From positions 928,001 to 992,000 of the forward strand of contig OZ242195.1 in NCBI GenBank assembly GCA_965205975.1: a DNA stretch of 64,000 nucleotides, read 5' to 3'. This DNA is from Candidatus Latescibacterota bacterium. GTDB taxonomy: Bacteria; Latescibacterota; UBA2968. A program made the translations under genes and the position numbers. Positions 27,009-37,290 of the stretch are shown here, in pieces. The notes under the pieces were generated by a model, which made no database searches, was not told the origin of the DNA, and saw only the letters and a program-made list of their open reading frames with translations. Each line of letters opens with the position of its first letter. Position 1 is the first letter of the stretch.

Positions 27009-28178
27009 TCAATCCTGTTCGACCTTCGGCGGGTGGGCGAAGTCGTGATACCGCTCGCGGATATTGCCATCGGTGGCGTCGCCTTTGTGAAAATAATAGC
27101 GATAAATGCCGACGAGCGACTCGCCCTGCGAGAGTGTGTGATGCCCACGCCGGCTTTCATCGCCGTAAAAATACGAGTGTCCAAAAGGATTGGCTGTCAT
27201 CAACCCGTAATTGCGTACGTGCCAGTGCGTGGGATGTCGAAAGCTGTCGGGGTGATCCATGATGGCAACGCCTGTTATATTGCCATTTACCGGTCCTGAA
27301 TAATGGCACCAGGGCGCGCGTTTTCCCCAGGTCTCGTCTTCATCGATGCCGCCAATGCCGTTCTCGATTTTGCCGCCCAGGTCGCGTTTTACTTCCATTG
27401 TCTCTTCTACGCGAATAGACGCCAGACCGCCTTCTTTTGTGTCACCGAATAACACATCCATATTTCGGGCGGTGAGCGTGAGGTGCAAATCCATGATTCG
27501 CACGGAAGAGGGCGTGTTGTACACAATCCACTCAGCGCGCTGATCCAAAATCTCGCGATTTCTGCCCGGAGGTCCTGTCCAACCATCCATGCCTACCCAG
27601 TCGCTATTCGATACAATTCGCCCCAATACGGATCCGCTTTCGAGCAATTCAAAGTCCCGATGCAAAATGCGCCCGTGAGATTCGCCTTCTGACCAGTTGT
27701 CCGCACCGTTCACTTCTCCGTGTGCAATCCAGACTGAGCGATGGTGATGGTGATCCATTTCTCGTCCGTCTGCTGGCGTGGCCAACCGCCGCGTTACCGA
27801 ATCGCCATAAGGTCCGATGACGGGATACAAAAGTGGTCGCGCCAGTTCTTTACCGTAACGATAGGTCGTAAAATGTTGGCCATCTATCGAGACAGATACT
27901 TCATTTTCTCCTTGTGTGACTTCCACATTGTGCCCGCGATCTTTGGATTCTTTTCCTATTGCGAGTTCGTACTCAGCAGTTTGGCCCGCTCCGAGATTAT
28001 CGACAATGAAATTGACCTGCAAACCGGCGCTTACGGGCGTTACCTGACAGGGAATTTCTGCATTTCCCATGTTCAAAGTTGCCGTTGTCGCGCTTTCCGG
28101 TGTTTCTACTACCGCTGAAACCGGACAGTTGATCCGATTGTGAGGGCCTGCGTGAACGGTTAGTTTTACTGTTGCCAT
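27009..28178 (-). CDS. DUF6807 ('PmoA'-labelled) carbohydrate-related protein
   Basis: RPLLYPV, DHHHHRSVWIAHG, FGDTKEGG, WGKRAPWC, WHVRNYGL. Start MATVK after GGAG. Confidence 0.75.
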   Translation of the reverse strand: MATVKLTVHAGPHNRINCPVSAVVETPESATTATLNMGNAEIPCQVTPVSAGLQVNFIVDNLGAGQTAEYELAIGKESKDRGHNVEVTQGENEVSVSIDGQHFTTYRYGKELARPLLYPVIGPYGDSVTRRLATPADGREMDHHHHRSVWIAHGEVNGADNWSEGESHGRILHRDFELLESGSVLGRIVSNSDWVGMDGWTGPPGRNREILDQRAEWIVYNTPSSVRIMDLHLTLTARNMDVLFGDTKEGGLASIRVEETMEVKRDLGGKIENGIGGIDEDETWGKRAPWCHYSGPVNGNITGVAIMDHPDSFRHPTHWHVRNYGLMTANPFGHSYFYGDESRRGHHTLSQGESLVGIYRYYFHKGDATDGNIRERYHDFAHPPKVEQD

Positions 28179-28338
28179 TGTTGTCCTCCGTAATAGTGAT
28201 ATAAGAATACCTGTCGCGTATGAGGTTACGAAATCCATTGCCAAAGTCAAGCCTTTCGCACAAAGCCGTTGACATCCCCCATGGGGGCAATTATCATAGG
28301 GTCGAAAACTGTCATTTTTAACCCATCTGGAGATCACT

Positions 28339-29265
28339 ATGTCCATTCTCGTCACTGGCGGCTCTGGCTTTGTCGGTTCCTGGGTCGCCAAACTCCTCGC
28401 CGAAGAGGGCGAAGACGTCATCGCTTTTGATATGTTCGAACGGCGCGATGATTTTTTGTCACAGGTGTCTGATCGCATCACGTTTGTTGAAGGCAATATC
28501 CTGGGCTTCGCACATATCAATGAAATTGTGCGCAATAATCCGGATCTCACGGGTATTGTTCACACGGCTGCGCTTTTGGGGGGAGATGTGCGCGACAATC
28601 CCCATTTTGCGACACAGGTCAATGTGGGGGGGACGCACAATATCCTCGAAGTTGCGCGACAGGTTGGCGGTCTCAAGGTGGTATATGTATCCAGCGGCGC
28701 GGTTTATGGCAAGCAAGACGGACCGCTGACTGAAGACACGCCCATGATTCCCAGTGATCCCTATGGCGCAACCAAGGCCATGTCGGAACATCTCTGCCAC
28801 CAGTATTATGCGACTTATGGGGTTGATGTTCTGTGTGCCCGTCTCTTTTTTTTATATGGTCCTCCCAATGCCCCCGGTCCGGACGCGGGTTTTAATACGC
28901 GCATTTTTGCCGGGCTGAGTGGACAGGATGTAAGTCTGCCCAAAGGCCGCGAGCAAAAGGCCGATTGGACTTATATCGAAGATGCCGCGCGGGGTGTTTT
29001 GCTCATGCTCAGGGCGACAAATGTCGCCAGTCGATCTTTTAATATTGCCACGGGTACGTACAATCCCGTTGACGAAATTATCGAAGTCGTGCAGCGGCAT
29101 TCGCCGGGCAATCCCCGGTATGAAGTTGGACCGGGCGTCAATCTCGAGCGCGGCGCGCCACTCGATATTACCCTTGCCAGAGACCAACTCGGTTACGAAC
29201 CCAAATACGATCTCGAATCAGGTGTGCGGGCCTACCGCGCCTGGTTTGATCAACGGGGTGTGTAA
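28339..29265 (+). CDS. NAD-dependent epimerase/dehydratase
   Basis: TGGSGFVG, SSGAVYG, YGATK. Confidence 0.92.
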   Translation: MSILVTGGSGFVGSWVAKLLAEEGEDVIAFDMFERRDDFLSQVSDRITFVEGNILGFAHINEIVRNNPDLTGIVHTAALLGGDVRDNPHFATQVNVGGTHNILEVARQVGGLKVVYVSSGAVYGKQDGPLTEDTPMIPSDPYGATKAMSEHLCHQYYATYGVDVLCARLFFLYGPPNAPGPDAGFNTRIFAGLSGQDVSLPKGREQKADWTYIEDAARGVLLMLRATNVASRSFNIATGTYNPVDEIIEVVQRHSPGNPRYEVGPGVNLERGAPLDITLARDQLGYEPKYDLESGVRAYRAWFDQRGV

Positions 29266-29281
29266 ATAACAGGAGAAGACA

Positions 29282-30220
29282 ATGTCAAACAAAACGCTTC
29301 GTTACTTAGACGATGGCAGTATTGAACTGTTTGAAAGGGAAGTGCTCGATCCCGGAGAGAACGAAGTTCAAATTGAAGGCGGCGCGTGTGGGATATGTTC
29401 GTGGGATGTGGTTACGGCCAAACTCGGCAACCAGATGCATCCCATGGCACCGCCGGGACACGAAGGCGTTGGTTATATCGCCAAAATAGGTGCTGGTGTC
29501 ACGGATTTCAAAGAGGGCGACCGGGTCGCTGGTGGTGGTTTTGCCAATGTCCGCAACTTATCCGCGCAGCGCGTTTTCAAAATCCCGGAATCCGATTTGC
29601 CGGATGAATACTGGATTGTCGAACCCGTGTCCTGTGCCGTTACGGGTATTGACCATTGCCAGATTCAGCCCGGGAATCGCATTGTGGTCGTCGGCTGTGG
29701 ATTTATGGGCTTGTTGATCTTGCAAGGACTTCTGCGCTACCCTCTCGACGATTTGATCGTTCTGGATATTGTTCAAAGTCGTCTGGATCTCGCGCAACAA
29801 CTCGGCGTTGGGGAGGTGTATAACACGGCTGAGGTTGATCTTTCTGATTTATCGCGCGAACTCAAGAGCAGAGAGATTGACGTGGTTGTCGATACTTCTG
29901 GTAGCCAGGCCGGGTTGGATCTATCTACCGATATTGTGAAACGCGGCGGGCGTATCAATCTCTTTGGCTGGCTCAAGGGGCAGACCGCCTCTTTTGATCC
30001 CACAAAGTGGCATTTGGGGGGATTTACCGTTGTCAATTCTGCGCCGGCTTCAAAATTGCGAGATACTTTTGATCCTGCGATTCGCCTCATTCACAAAGGT
30101 ATTATTGATCTCAAACCGCTGGTGACACATACGGCAACGCTCGAAGATTATCCGGATTTGATGGCGCAAATTTTGGCGGGCGATGAGAGCTATATCAAAG
30201 GAGTTGTGACGCTTAAATAG
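29282..30220 (+). CDS. Zinc-dependent MDR alcohol dehydrogenase
   Basis: CGICSWD, GHEG, EP, GCGFMG. Confidence 0.88.
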   Translation: MSNKTLRYLDDGSIELFEREVLDPGENEVQIEGGACGICSWDVVTAKLGNQMHPMAPPGHEGVGYIAKIGAGVTDFKEGDRVAGGGFANVRNLSAQRVFKIPESDLPDEYWIVEPVSCAVTGIDHCQIQPGNRIVVVGCGFMGLLILQGLLRYPLDDLIVLDIVQSRLDLAQQLGVGEVYNTAEVDLSDLSRELKSREIDVVVDTSGSQAGLDLSTDIVKRGGRINLFGWLKGQTASFDPTKWHLGGFTVVNSAPASKLRDTFDPAIRLIHKGIIDLKPLVTHTATLEDYPDLMAQILAGDESYIKGVVTLK

Positions 30221-30300
30221 AATATGGGATGAGATTATGAATACACCGGGTGAAACGCTGTACAAGTTGTACAAAGGGCAGAGATTTGCCCTGGTGATGA

Positions 30301-31026
30301 TTAGGTAGGTTTTGTCCAGTAGGCTTCGAGTTTGTCCTGGGGCTCAAAGCCGAGTATTGTGCGCAGGCGTGTATTTGGGAAGCGGTTGTGCGGCAGGTCT
30401 GTGGTGACAAAGAAGACTTCAAAGCGCGATGGGAGCGTTTGAAGATCGACTTCTATGGCGCACTTAACGGCTTGTGCGGCATCTCTGGCCGATATGCTGA
30501 GGGTGCTGTCGTCGGTGTTGTGTGGATCGGCGGTGGGCTCTCGAAAGCGCGAGAAGATGAGCGAGAGGACGTGTAGCGGATGGTGTTCGCTGAAGAGTCG
30601 GCAGATTTCGAGGCCGAGGCCTTTGCTCATCGCATAGAGTTCCGTGCCGGGTTGTGGGGGAATTTTTTCAGAAATGGTATGGTCGTAATCGAGGTAGGAA
30701 GGGCCGACGAGTGAGAAGCGAGGTCCCGTGTTGATAAAGCGTTTCATGTCACAGGCAACTGCGGCGCGGAGTGCGTTGTGCGTTCCCTTTGTGTTCACGC
30801 CAAAAGCAATTTTGCGATGGGTGCGCTGAACAGAGCAGTTGATGATGACGTCCATGCCCTCTGCAGCGGATATGACTTGAGCAAAATCGGATACATCGAC
30901 CTGCCGCGTGTCGTGCGGTGTATCGATGGGCATGAGGTCAGTGATGCGAAGATGGTGGTGGTCTTCGAGGGCTTTGACGACATAAGGACCGAGAAAACCA
31001 TTGCCACCGAGGATGAGGACGTTCAT
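30301..31026 (-). CDS. NAD(P)-dependent epimerase/uronate dehydrogenase-like protein
   Basis: MNVLILGGNGFLG, YAMSK. Confidence 0.8.
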   Translation of the reverse strand: MNVLILGGNGFLGPYVVKALEDHHHLRITDLMPIDTPHDTRQVDVSDFAQVISAAEGMDVIINCSVQRTHRKIAFGVNTKGTHNALRAAVACDMKRFINTGPRFSLVGPSYLDYDHTISEKIPPQPGTELYAMSKGLGLEICRLFSEHHPLHVLSLIFSRFREPTADPHNTDDSTLSISARDAAQAVKCAIEVDLQTLPSRFEVFFVTTDLPHNRFPNTRLRTILGFEPQDKLEAYWTKPT

Positions 31027-31030
31027 GGGA

Positions 31031-31837
31031 TTATTGGGTGATGCGCGGGCGATTTGTGCGGTAGGGCGGCTCGAGCAGGGCGCGTTGTGTGGGTGTAAAT
31101 TCGTCGAGTGCGTTTTCAACATCTGGCGGCAAATACCGCGCTGAATAGGTCAGGGTGCCGGGCGAATATTTGTAGAGAATAGATCTGCGTTGATGGTCGG
31201 CTGTCCAGGGGAGCGTGCCATGTGCCAGTGCTTCTGTGAAGATGATGGCCGATCCCGCTTTTGCCGAGACTTGCTTTACTACGCCCATATCCCGATCTAC
31301 ACGTGCAACATCGCGGGGTGTTTTGTAATTGGATTTGTGGCTGCCGGGAATGCAGGCAAACCCGCCCTCGCCGGGGTTGCAATCGGTGAGTACCCACGAG
31401 ACTACGGTGAGGCCACAGCGCATGCGCCCGTTGTGAAATTGGTAGAAGTGCGTCAGGTCGTCAGCGGTGCCCCCGCCATGGATGACATGGCCCTCGGCTC
31501 CTTTTTCCATGACGATGCCATAGAGGTGGTCGAGGCGACAGTCTTCGCGCAGCAATTCCGCGAGATAGGGTACGATATTTGGGTGGGCGAGTAAATCGCG
31601 GAAGGGTTGGCACCAGGGTTTGGGCCAGGTGAGCATGCCGCCCAAATCGGTGCGCCCGTGTTTGCCCTTGAGTGTTTTGGATTCGCCGGAGAGGGATTGC
31701 TCTGGCGGGCGAATGCGCATCCTGTCGGGGTTGTTGTCAATGGCTTTGTTACACGCGGCAATTTCTTCGGATGTCAGAGCGTTTTCGATGACGAGGTAGC
31801 CGTTGAGGTCGAAGAAGAATTTTTCGTGTTCGTCCAT
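31031..31837 (-). CDS. Phytanoyl-CoA dioxygenase (PhyH) family
   Basis: FDLNGYLV, IHGG, IPGSHK, EALAHG, RRSILYKY. Confidence 0.88.
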   Translation of the reverse strand: MDEHEKFFFDLNGYLVIENALTSEEIAACNKAIDNNPDRMRIRPPEQSLSGESKTLKGKHGRTDLGGMLTWPKPWCQPFRDLLAHPNIVPYLAELLREDCRLDHLYGIVMEKGAEGHVIHGGGTADDLTHFYQFHNGRMRCGLTVVSWVLTDCNPGEGGFACIPGSHKSNYKTPRDVARVDRDMGVVKQVSAKAGSAIIFTEALAHGTLPWTADHQRRSILYKYSPGTLTYSARYLPPDVENALDEFTPTQRALLEPPYRTNRPRITQ

Positions 31838-31873
31838 GTTCGAGATCCCTATTTAGTTTGGGGATGAGGTCAG

Positions 31874-32074
31874 TTAATCGTCGTCACCCTCGTCCCGCCT
31901 CATCCGATAGCGACCAATCCGCCGGATTAAAATCCACACGAGTCCAATAAGTGCGATATATTGCACCAGATCCCATATCCAGCCCTGCCAGCCCAGGATA
32001 CCCGGCCAGAGTGCCCCGATGCACAGGATGATAAATGCATCTTCCAAAATCAACCACAGCGGTCGCTCATTCAT
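31874..32074 (-). CDS. Small membrane protein
   Basis: Two hydrophobic segments, coupled to the slt-like gene. Confidence 0.6.
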   Translation of the reverse strand: MNERPLWLILEDAFIILCIGALWPGILGWQGWIWDLVQYIALIGLVWILIRRIGRYRMRRDEGDDD

Positions 32075-34238
32075 TTTTATATCCCAATGATATTTCTACC
32101 TCTGACTGTGCGTCGTTGAGGTAAGAATAAACGCGATAATTGCGGTACACGAGTTTTACATAATTGCGGGTTTCTTTATAGGGAATGCGCTCTATAAATT
32201 CATCGACGTCTTGTTTTGTGAGGCGTTTTGCCCATCTCTTGGCAGCATCCAGACCCGCATTATAAGCCGATAGTGCCAAACTAAGTTGCCTGTGTTTATC
32301 TTTTTGAAATGCCCTCATGTGGTCGGAGAGATGTTTCCCGCCCAATAAAATCGACGTGTGGGGGTCGTGCAGGTCTGCAGTTGAAAAATTTTTGAGCTTG
32401 ACAAGTCGGGCCATGTCCCGTCCTGTTTGCGGCATCACCTGCATCAGCCCGCGTGCGCCCGCGCGAGATACAGCAGTTGTATTAAACGCGCTTTCCTGTC
32501 GCATGATGGCGATCATGAGATTGGGATCCAGATTCATTTTTTGCGCTACCTGGTTGATCTCGCCCCAATAATACGTCGGGTACAATCGACGGAATGAAGA
32601 CCGCGTCAGGGATATTCCCTGTGTGCGTTCTAACATTACAATCTGTGCGGATACTTGAAGTGCCTTGTGCATGGCGCGAACGCGCTCATAACGCGGCTTC
32701 AAATCATCCAGCGCGAATAAATTGCGCCCGAGAATTTGCCGCGCGCGGTCGTATTCTCGCTCGGCATCTCGATATAATCCGATAGACGCCAGTACATCTC
32801 CTTTTGGGATATGCGTCGAAGGCGTATAGGATTGACCTACTGATAGGTGTTCGCCCGGTTGGGGTGCTTCGATATAGGCATTTTCTGTTTTGCCCAGGAC
32901 CGCATGCGCGCGCGTTGAGTAATAAGAGGTGGGAAACCCCTCTGAGGCGCGTTCAATCCAGAATCGCGCTTCTGCTTTTTGTCCTAATTTTTGGTAACAT
33001 TTGCCCGCCCAGTAATATCCCTGATCGCGCAGATGGCTCGCAGAGGTCTGACGCGACAGGCGCAAAAAGGCTTTGGCAGCAGCCGTGTATTGGCGCGTTT
33101 GATAAAGCGCGAATCCCGCCCGCCACGCAGCCTGGTCGGCATAAGTGCTTTTGGGATAGGTTGTCGCCAGTGCTATAAATAGTTTGCGCGCATCGCTATG
33201 ACGCCCCCGACGTTCATAGGCCATGGCAGCCTGCCAGAGTGCTTCGGGCGCGGTTTTTGCGTTGGGATAGCGGCGCACATATTCACAAAACCGCGTTGTT
33301 CCCGTTAAATCGTGCCCGAGCTTGATAGCACATCGGCCCAGGTAAAAAAGTGCTTCGGGCACATGATACACTTTGAAGGCGCGGTCAAACGCGCTTTCAG
33401 CTTTGAGATATTTTCGACTGCGATAATACACATGACCCAGTTCGCATTGCGCTTTTCCCCGCCATGTGGCATCTTGAGATTCAACGATCACTCGGCGCAA
33501 TAAAACGATAGCCTGTTGATATTTTTCGGCATGCATACAGGCCACACCGGCGTAAAACAGTTCTTCAACACCGCGCATATCACTCGGCGCGGGGAGCATT
33601 TCGAGAACGCCCGGATTTTTGGGATAGTTTTTGATCAATCGCAACCACATCTCGCGCGCAGCTATAGAATCGTCCAGAGCCGTCCATGCCACGACCAGCC
33701 CGGCCAGTGCATCGCCTTCGTGCGAGCGCTTGTCAATAAGTGTATGATAATATGCGATAGCGCCTTCTGCATTGCCCTGAGCAAGCGAGGCTCGCGCGGC
33801 ATTAAGTGTCGCCTGATCACCGAGCAGACTCACTGGCGTCATGTGCAGAATTTTTGCATAATGATCTTCAGCGTCTTTGGCTTGTCCCATAGCTTCGGCG
33901 CATTGTCCCATCCAAAAAGCCACATAATCGGCTATTTCTTTGTGCGCGGTGCCTGAAGACTGCAAAATTGTCAATGCGTCTGGATATTTGCCCAGATTCA
34001 TCAGACAAGTCGCGCGTTGTAACGCGGCGGTGTGAGTATTCCAGGCATCGCGAGTGTCCATATTGTCGAGTGCAGATAATGCTTCGGTAAATTTTTGCTG
34101 TGCAATTAGTTCTGCAACCCGAAAAATGGGATCGCGTTGTTCCCCTATTCCCAAATAGCCAACTATTACAAATACGGCGATAACGGGGAAGGTGAATAGC
34201 GCGATACGGCTCACTGATTTATTTTTTGAAAATGACAT
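32067..34238 (-). CDS. TPR-containing soluble lytic transglycosylase
   Basis: TPR-like repeats, RQESAF, GARGLMQVMP, AYNAG, ETRNYVK. Confidence 0.93.
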   Translation of the reverse strand: MSFSKNKSVSRIALFTFPVIAVFVIVGYLGIGEQRDPIFRVAELIAQQKFTEALSALDNMDTRDAWNTHTAALQRATCLMNLGKYPDALTILQSSGTAHKEIADYVAFWMGQCAEAMGQAKDAEDHYAKILHMTPVSLLGDQATLNAARASLAQGNAEGAIAYYHTLIDKRSHEGDALAGLVVAWTALDDSIAAREMWLRLIKNYPKNPGVLEMLPAPSDMRGVEELFYAGVACMHAEKYQQAIVLLRRVIVESQDATWRGKAQCELGHVYYRSRKYLKAESAFDRAFKVYHVPEALFYLGRCAIKLGHDLTGTTRFCEYVRRYPNAKTAPEALWQAAMAYERRGRHSDARKLFIALATTYPKSTYADQAAWRAGFALYQTRQYTAAAKAFLRLSRQTSASHLRDQGYYWAGKCYQKLGQKAEARFWIERASEGFPTSYYSTRAHAVLGKTENAYIEAPQPGEHLSVGQSYTPSTHIPKGDVLASIGLYRDAEREYDRARQILGRNLFALDDLKPRYERVRAMHKALQVSAQIVMLERTQGISLTRSSFRRLYPTYYWGEINQVAQKMNLDPNLMIAIMRQESAFNTTAVSRAGARGLMQVMPQTGRDMARLVKLKNFSTADLHDPHTSILLGGKHLSDHMRAFQKDKHRQLSLALSAYNAGLDAAKRWAKRLTKQDVDEFIERIPYKETRNYVKLVYRNYRVYSYLNDAQSEVEISLGYKNE

Positions 34239-34309
34239 TGTGAAAGCCTTTGCGATGAGGTCGGAAAAAATTGTAGTCTATAATGCACGCAATGTCAAGA
34301 TACAAAAGC

Positions 34310-34366
34310 ATCCGCAGAAAAAAGCGCGAGTAATTTGAGCGTTTTTCGCAGATGAACGCAGATAAA
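34310..34366 (+). repeat. Lone decamer-repeat arm
   Basis: atccgcaga...cgcagatgaa cgcagataaa, same family as 11407 and 12571. Confidence 0.65.
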
Positions 34367-34434
34367 AATAAAGTGACTGGCGGGGGCTGGGGGCACTTCA
34401 CAATTCATCCTTCACACTTTATCCCGGAGTTTTT

Positions 34435-35808
34435 ATGAAAGCACTTATTCTCGCGGCGGGAAAAGGCGAACGTTTTTTTCCATTTAATATTTTTCGTCCC
34501 AAGCCGATGTTTCCAATATGCAATCGCCCGCTTTTGGATTGGACGGTTTCGCGTTTGGTCGATGCGAATATTAGGGATATCGGCATTGTGGTGGGGCATC
34601 GGGGTGGTCGGGCGCGCAATTATTTTGGCGGTGGGCAACGATTTGGCTGTAAAATTACTTATATTGAGCAACCGCAGCCAAAAGGCACGGCGCATGCGGT
34701 GGGGCTGGCATCTGATTTTATTGGCACTGATGATGTTCTGGTCATTTTCGGAGATGTTTTTTTTAGTGCGGATGCAGTCCCACACCTGTTAAATGAGTTT
34801 AGAGATAGAAACTGTTCTGGTGTTGCTGGCATTGTCCAGGTTGACGATCTCTCATCTCATATACGCGCACACGTCGAAAAGGACCAGAGTTTGTCTTCTT
34901 ACACTTATAAACCTCGCGGTGGATCGGGTACTGCTCTGTCCGGTCTATATGTTTTCAAAAATGAAACTCTGTCCGATCTGGACAATACTTCCGATTTTGT
35001 GTCAAGGACCCAATTTGGTATTTTTCCACCTGAGGGCCAGGAAATTTGCGATGTTATCCCATTGCTCCACGGCGAAGGACGCGCGCTTGTTGCGGTCGAT
35101 TTGCCGGGGTCGTGGTTCGATATGGATTTGCCCTGGCATCCGAAAAATGTCACGCTTATGGCACTTGCCGAAATGGCTGATGCACTTACAGAAGCGGTTG
35201 TTGCGCCAACGGCTACTGTCGATTCCGATGCCCGTATTCGCGGTCCCATCTTTGTCGATGAAAATACCACGATTGCCCGAGATGTCTATATTGAAGGGCC
35301 AGTCTGGATTGGGAAAGATACGCAGATATTAGAAGGCTCCCACATCGCATCTCGTACTGTGATCGGCGACCGCTGCAAAATTGGTCCTTTTGCCAAGGTA
35401 TCGGGTACGGTGGATACCAACTGCCACATTACCTATTTGGGCGAGTTTAGCGGTATTATGCTGGAAGAGGGGCGCGTGACCCATCAGATTCAGCTTTCGG
35501 GCATTTTTGGCGAGCGCGCAGAAATAGGCGCGGGCACACAGGTGGGCACGCTGCGCTTTGACGATGCGGAGATCGAGGTCGAGGTTCAGGGGATTCGTCG
35601 AAAAGCCCCCGGTTTTACCGGTGTGTTGTTTGGGGATTACTCGCGTACGGGTATCGGTGCGATGATTATGCCCGGTCGCATTGTGGGGCCATGTGCGATG
35701 GTGGGCGCGGGGGTAGTGCTGATGAAAAACGCGCCGCCGTACAAAGCCGTACTCGTCAAGCAGGAACTCGATGTCATTGACTGGTCGCCCAATATTTATG
35801 AGCGATGA
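34435..35808 (+). CDS. Sugar-1-phosphate nucleotidyltransferase with hexapeptide domain (GlmU-like)
   Basis: LAAGKGER, PKPM, QPQPKGTAHA, left-handed beta-helix repeats, AGTQVGTLRFD. Confidence 0.85.
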   Translation: MKALILAAGKGERFFPFNIFRPKPMFPICNRPLLDWTVSRLVDANIRDIGIVVGHRGGRARNYFGGGQRFGCKITYIEQPQPKGTAHAVGLASDFIGTDDVLVIFGDVFFSADAVPHLLNEFRDRNCSGVAGIVQVDDLSSHIRAHVEKDQSLSSYTYKPRGGSGTALSGLYVFKNETLSDLDNTSDFVSRTQFGIFPPEGQEICDVIPLLHGEGRALVAVDLPGSWFDMDLPWHPKNVTLMALAEMADALTEAVVAPTATVDSDARIRGPIFVDENTTIARDVYIEGPVWIGKDTQILEGSHIASRTVIGDRCKIGPFAKVSGTVDTNCHITYLGEFSGIMLEEGRVTHQIQLSGIFGERAEIGAGTQVGTLRFDDAEIEVEVQGIRRKAPGFTGVLFGDYSRTGIGAMIMPGRIVGPCAMVGAGVVLMKNAPPYKAVLVKQELDVIDWSPNIYER

Positions 35809-35842
35809 GCGATTTTAGATCGACGGATCGCCCGATGTTCAC

Positions 35843-35889
35843 CAAACAAATACCCCTGTCTGATCATTTTGGACAGGGGTATTTGTTTG
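35843..35889. terminator. 18-bp perfect inverted repeat between convergent genes
   Basis: caaacaaatacccctgtc / gacaggggtatttgtttg. Confidence 0.65.
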
Positions 35890-35977
35890 CCTGTCCGCCT
35901 ATCTGCTGACAGGCAGCAGGTGGATGGGCAGGCGCGATCACAGATCGACCATTTCAATTTATCTTATTGGCTCGCCT

Positions 35978-36796
35978 CTATTTTTTGCCATTTTCCTCTT
36001 TCAATACAGAACGGATGGCTTCCATATCAATATCTGGATACGTCTTTTGAATGGCTGCAAATATTTCTCTCTGTCCTTCTTCTCGGCCTTCTTCTCGGCC
36101 TTCTTCTCTGGCTTGTTTCATGATGTATTGTGCAAAAGATGATTCGCGCATAATCGCATCCATAAGACCCTCCTGGGATAAAATACGACTAATCGTGGCT
36201 GGCGCATACGCTAACCCACTCAATATCGTCAACCCACCCAAAATGTCAACCTTTATTGATTCTTCCAACGGCAAACCTCTCGCAGCATCAATACACGACT
36301 GTAACCACGCTTCAGAATCCATTTCATCAGGACATTTCATCAATGGCGCAAATGGAAGCAAGCCCGCGTGTCCTTCATTGAGAATGTGCTGGCCTTCGAT
36401 CTCGATCAGTCTGATCACGCTGTATTGGAAGATAAGATGGTGACCAGGCAGGTTTTGGATATAGTGTCCCGGATCGTTCTTTCCCGCATTGGGACGCAAG
36501 TAGATCACGCTGGAATAGATCGGCAAGTGATGCGTCTCAATGGCTCTGACGGTATAGCCGGCCATTCGGATGGGCATTGTAGGATCGGTAGTGGTTTGAA
36601 ATTCGTGATGTACCAATGCCTCTTCACCTGCAATCTGAACTTTGATGAGGCTGTCCATGTGGTGTGTTTGTGTTGTTGGTTGTTCTGTGTCGAGGATGTC
36701 GAGAAATTGGACGTCGTCTCGTTGGAGAGAGAGTTGGATGAAGTCTTGAGGGTAGGTTTGGATGAAGTGTTTTGAGATGGTGTCGTATTGGGGCAT
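35978..36796 (-). CDS. Rpn family (recombination-promoting nuclease/putative transposase) protein
   Basis: MDSL...HHEFQT...MPIRMAGY, GLLPFAPL, MRESS, C-terminal REEG repeats (36075-36110). Confidence 0.85.
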   Translation of the reverse strand: MPQYDTISKHFIQTYPQDFIQLSLQRDDVQFLDILDTEQPTTQTHHMDSLIKVQIAGEEALVHHEFQTTTDPTMPIRMAGYTVRAIETHHLPIYSSVIYLRPNAGKNDPGHYIQNLPGHHLIFQYSVIRLIEIEGQHILNEGHAGLLPFAPLMKCPDEMDSEAWLQSCIDAARGLPLEESIKVDILGGLTILSGLAYAPATISRILSQEGLMDAIMRESSFAQYIMKQAREEGREEGREEGQREIFAAIQKTYPDIDMEAIRSVLKEENGKK

Positions 36797-36829
36797 GTGC
36801 TTGCCTTTGGTCTGTGTGTTTCTGAGGCA

Positions 36830-36855
36830 GGCGAAAGATGTTTCGCCGCCCCTAC
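36830..36855 (-). repeat. GTAG-type REP palindrome
   Basis: Minus strand GTAGGGGC-GGCGAAA-CATC-TTTCGCC. Confidence 0.65.
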
Positions 36856-37290
36856 ATGTAACCCTCAGACCTTATGCAAACCTTATGCCAATGATATGGA
36901 ATTGGGCGATGAATGGCAGGATAAGACGCGCTAATCTCCTTATTTTTCTTCAGTTATTGATCACTCAAATTTAAGAATTATCTGTTGAATCGGATCAGCC
37001 GCAGTGCAAATGTGAGGCAAAAAAGTGTACATTTTGAGCGATGAGTGAGTAGAGAAGTGAAAGATATGTGTTCGAATGTAGGGCGAAAAATGCCAGCCTT
37101 TATTGATTTATATTGTGCTGACATAGCGCACTGGCCTGTTGTTTTTTCCTATGACTATCGGGTTTATTTTTATAGGTTTATCATTATATTGCCTACCTTC
37201 CTGTACCTTTGTGCCGTGAACTGGTCTGGACTGCGACCAGTCATGCTCGAATTACTCGCCTTCATACACCGCCCGTGGATAATTATCGCC

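Noticed and set aside
27009..28550. Methane monooxygenase PmoA, and the 513-aa N-terminal extension
   Set aside because: Soluble DUF6807-type protein without transmembrane helices. The extension overlaps the divergent epimerase gene, and an RBS supports the start at 28178.
37045..37290. 82-aa N-terminal extension of the helicase (also 14442-14606 and 58479-58589 extensions)
   Set aside because: Non-homologous-looking sequence upstream of better starts at 37291, 14607 and 58590.
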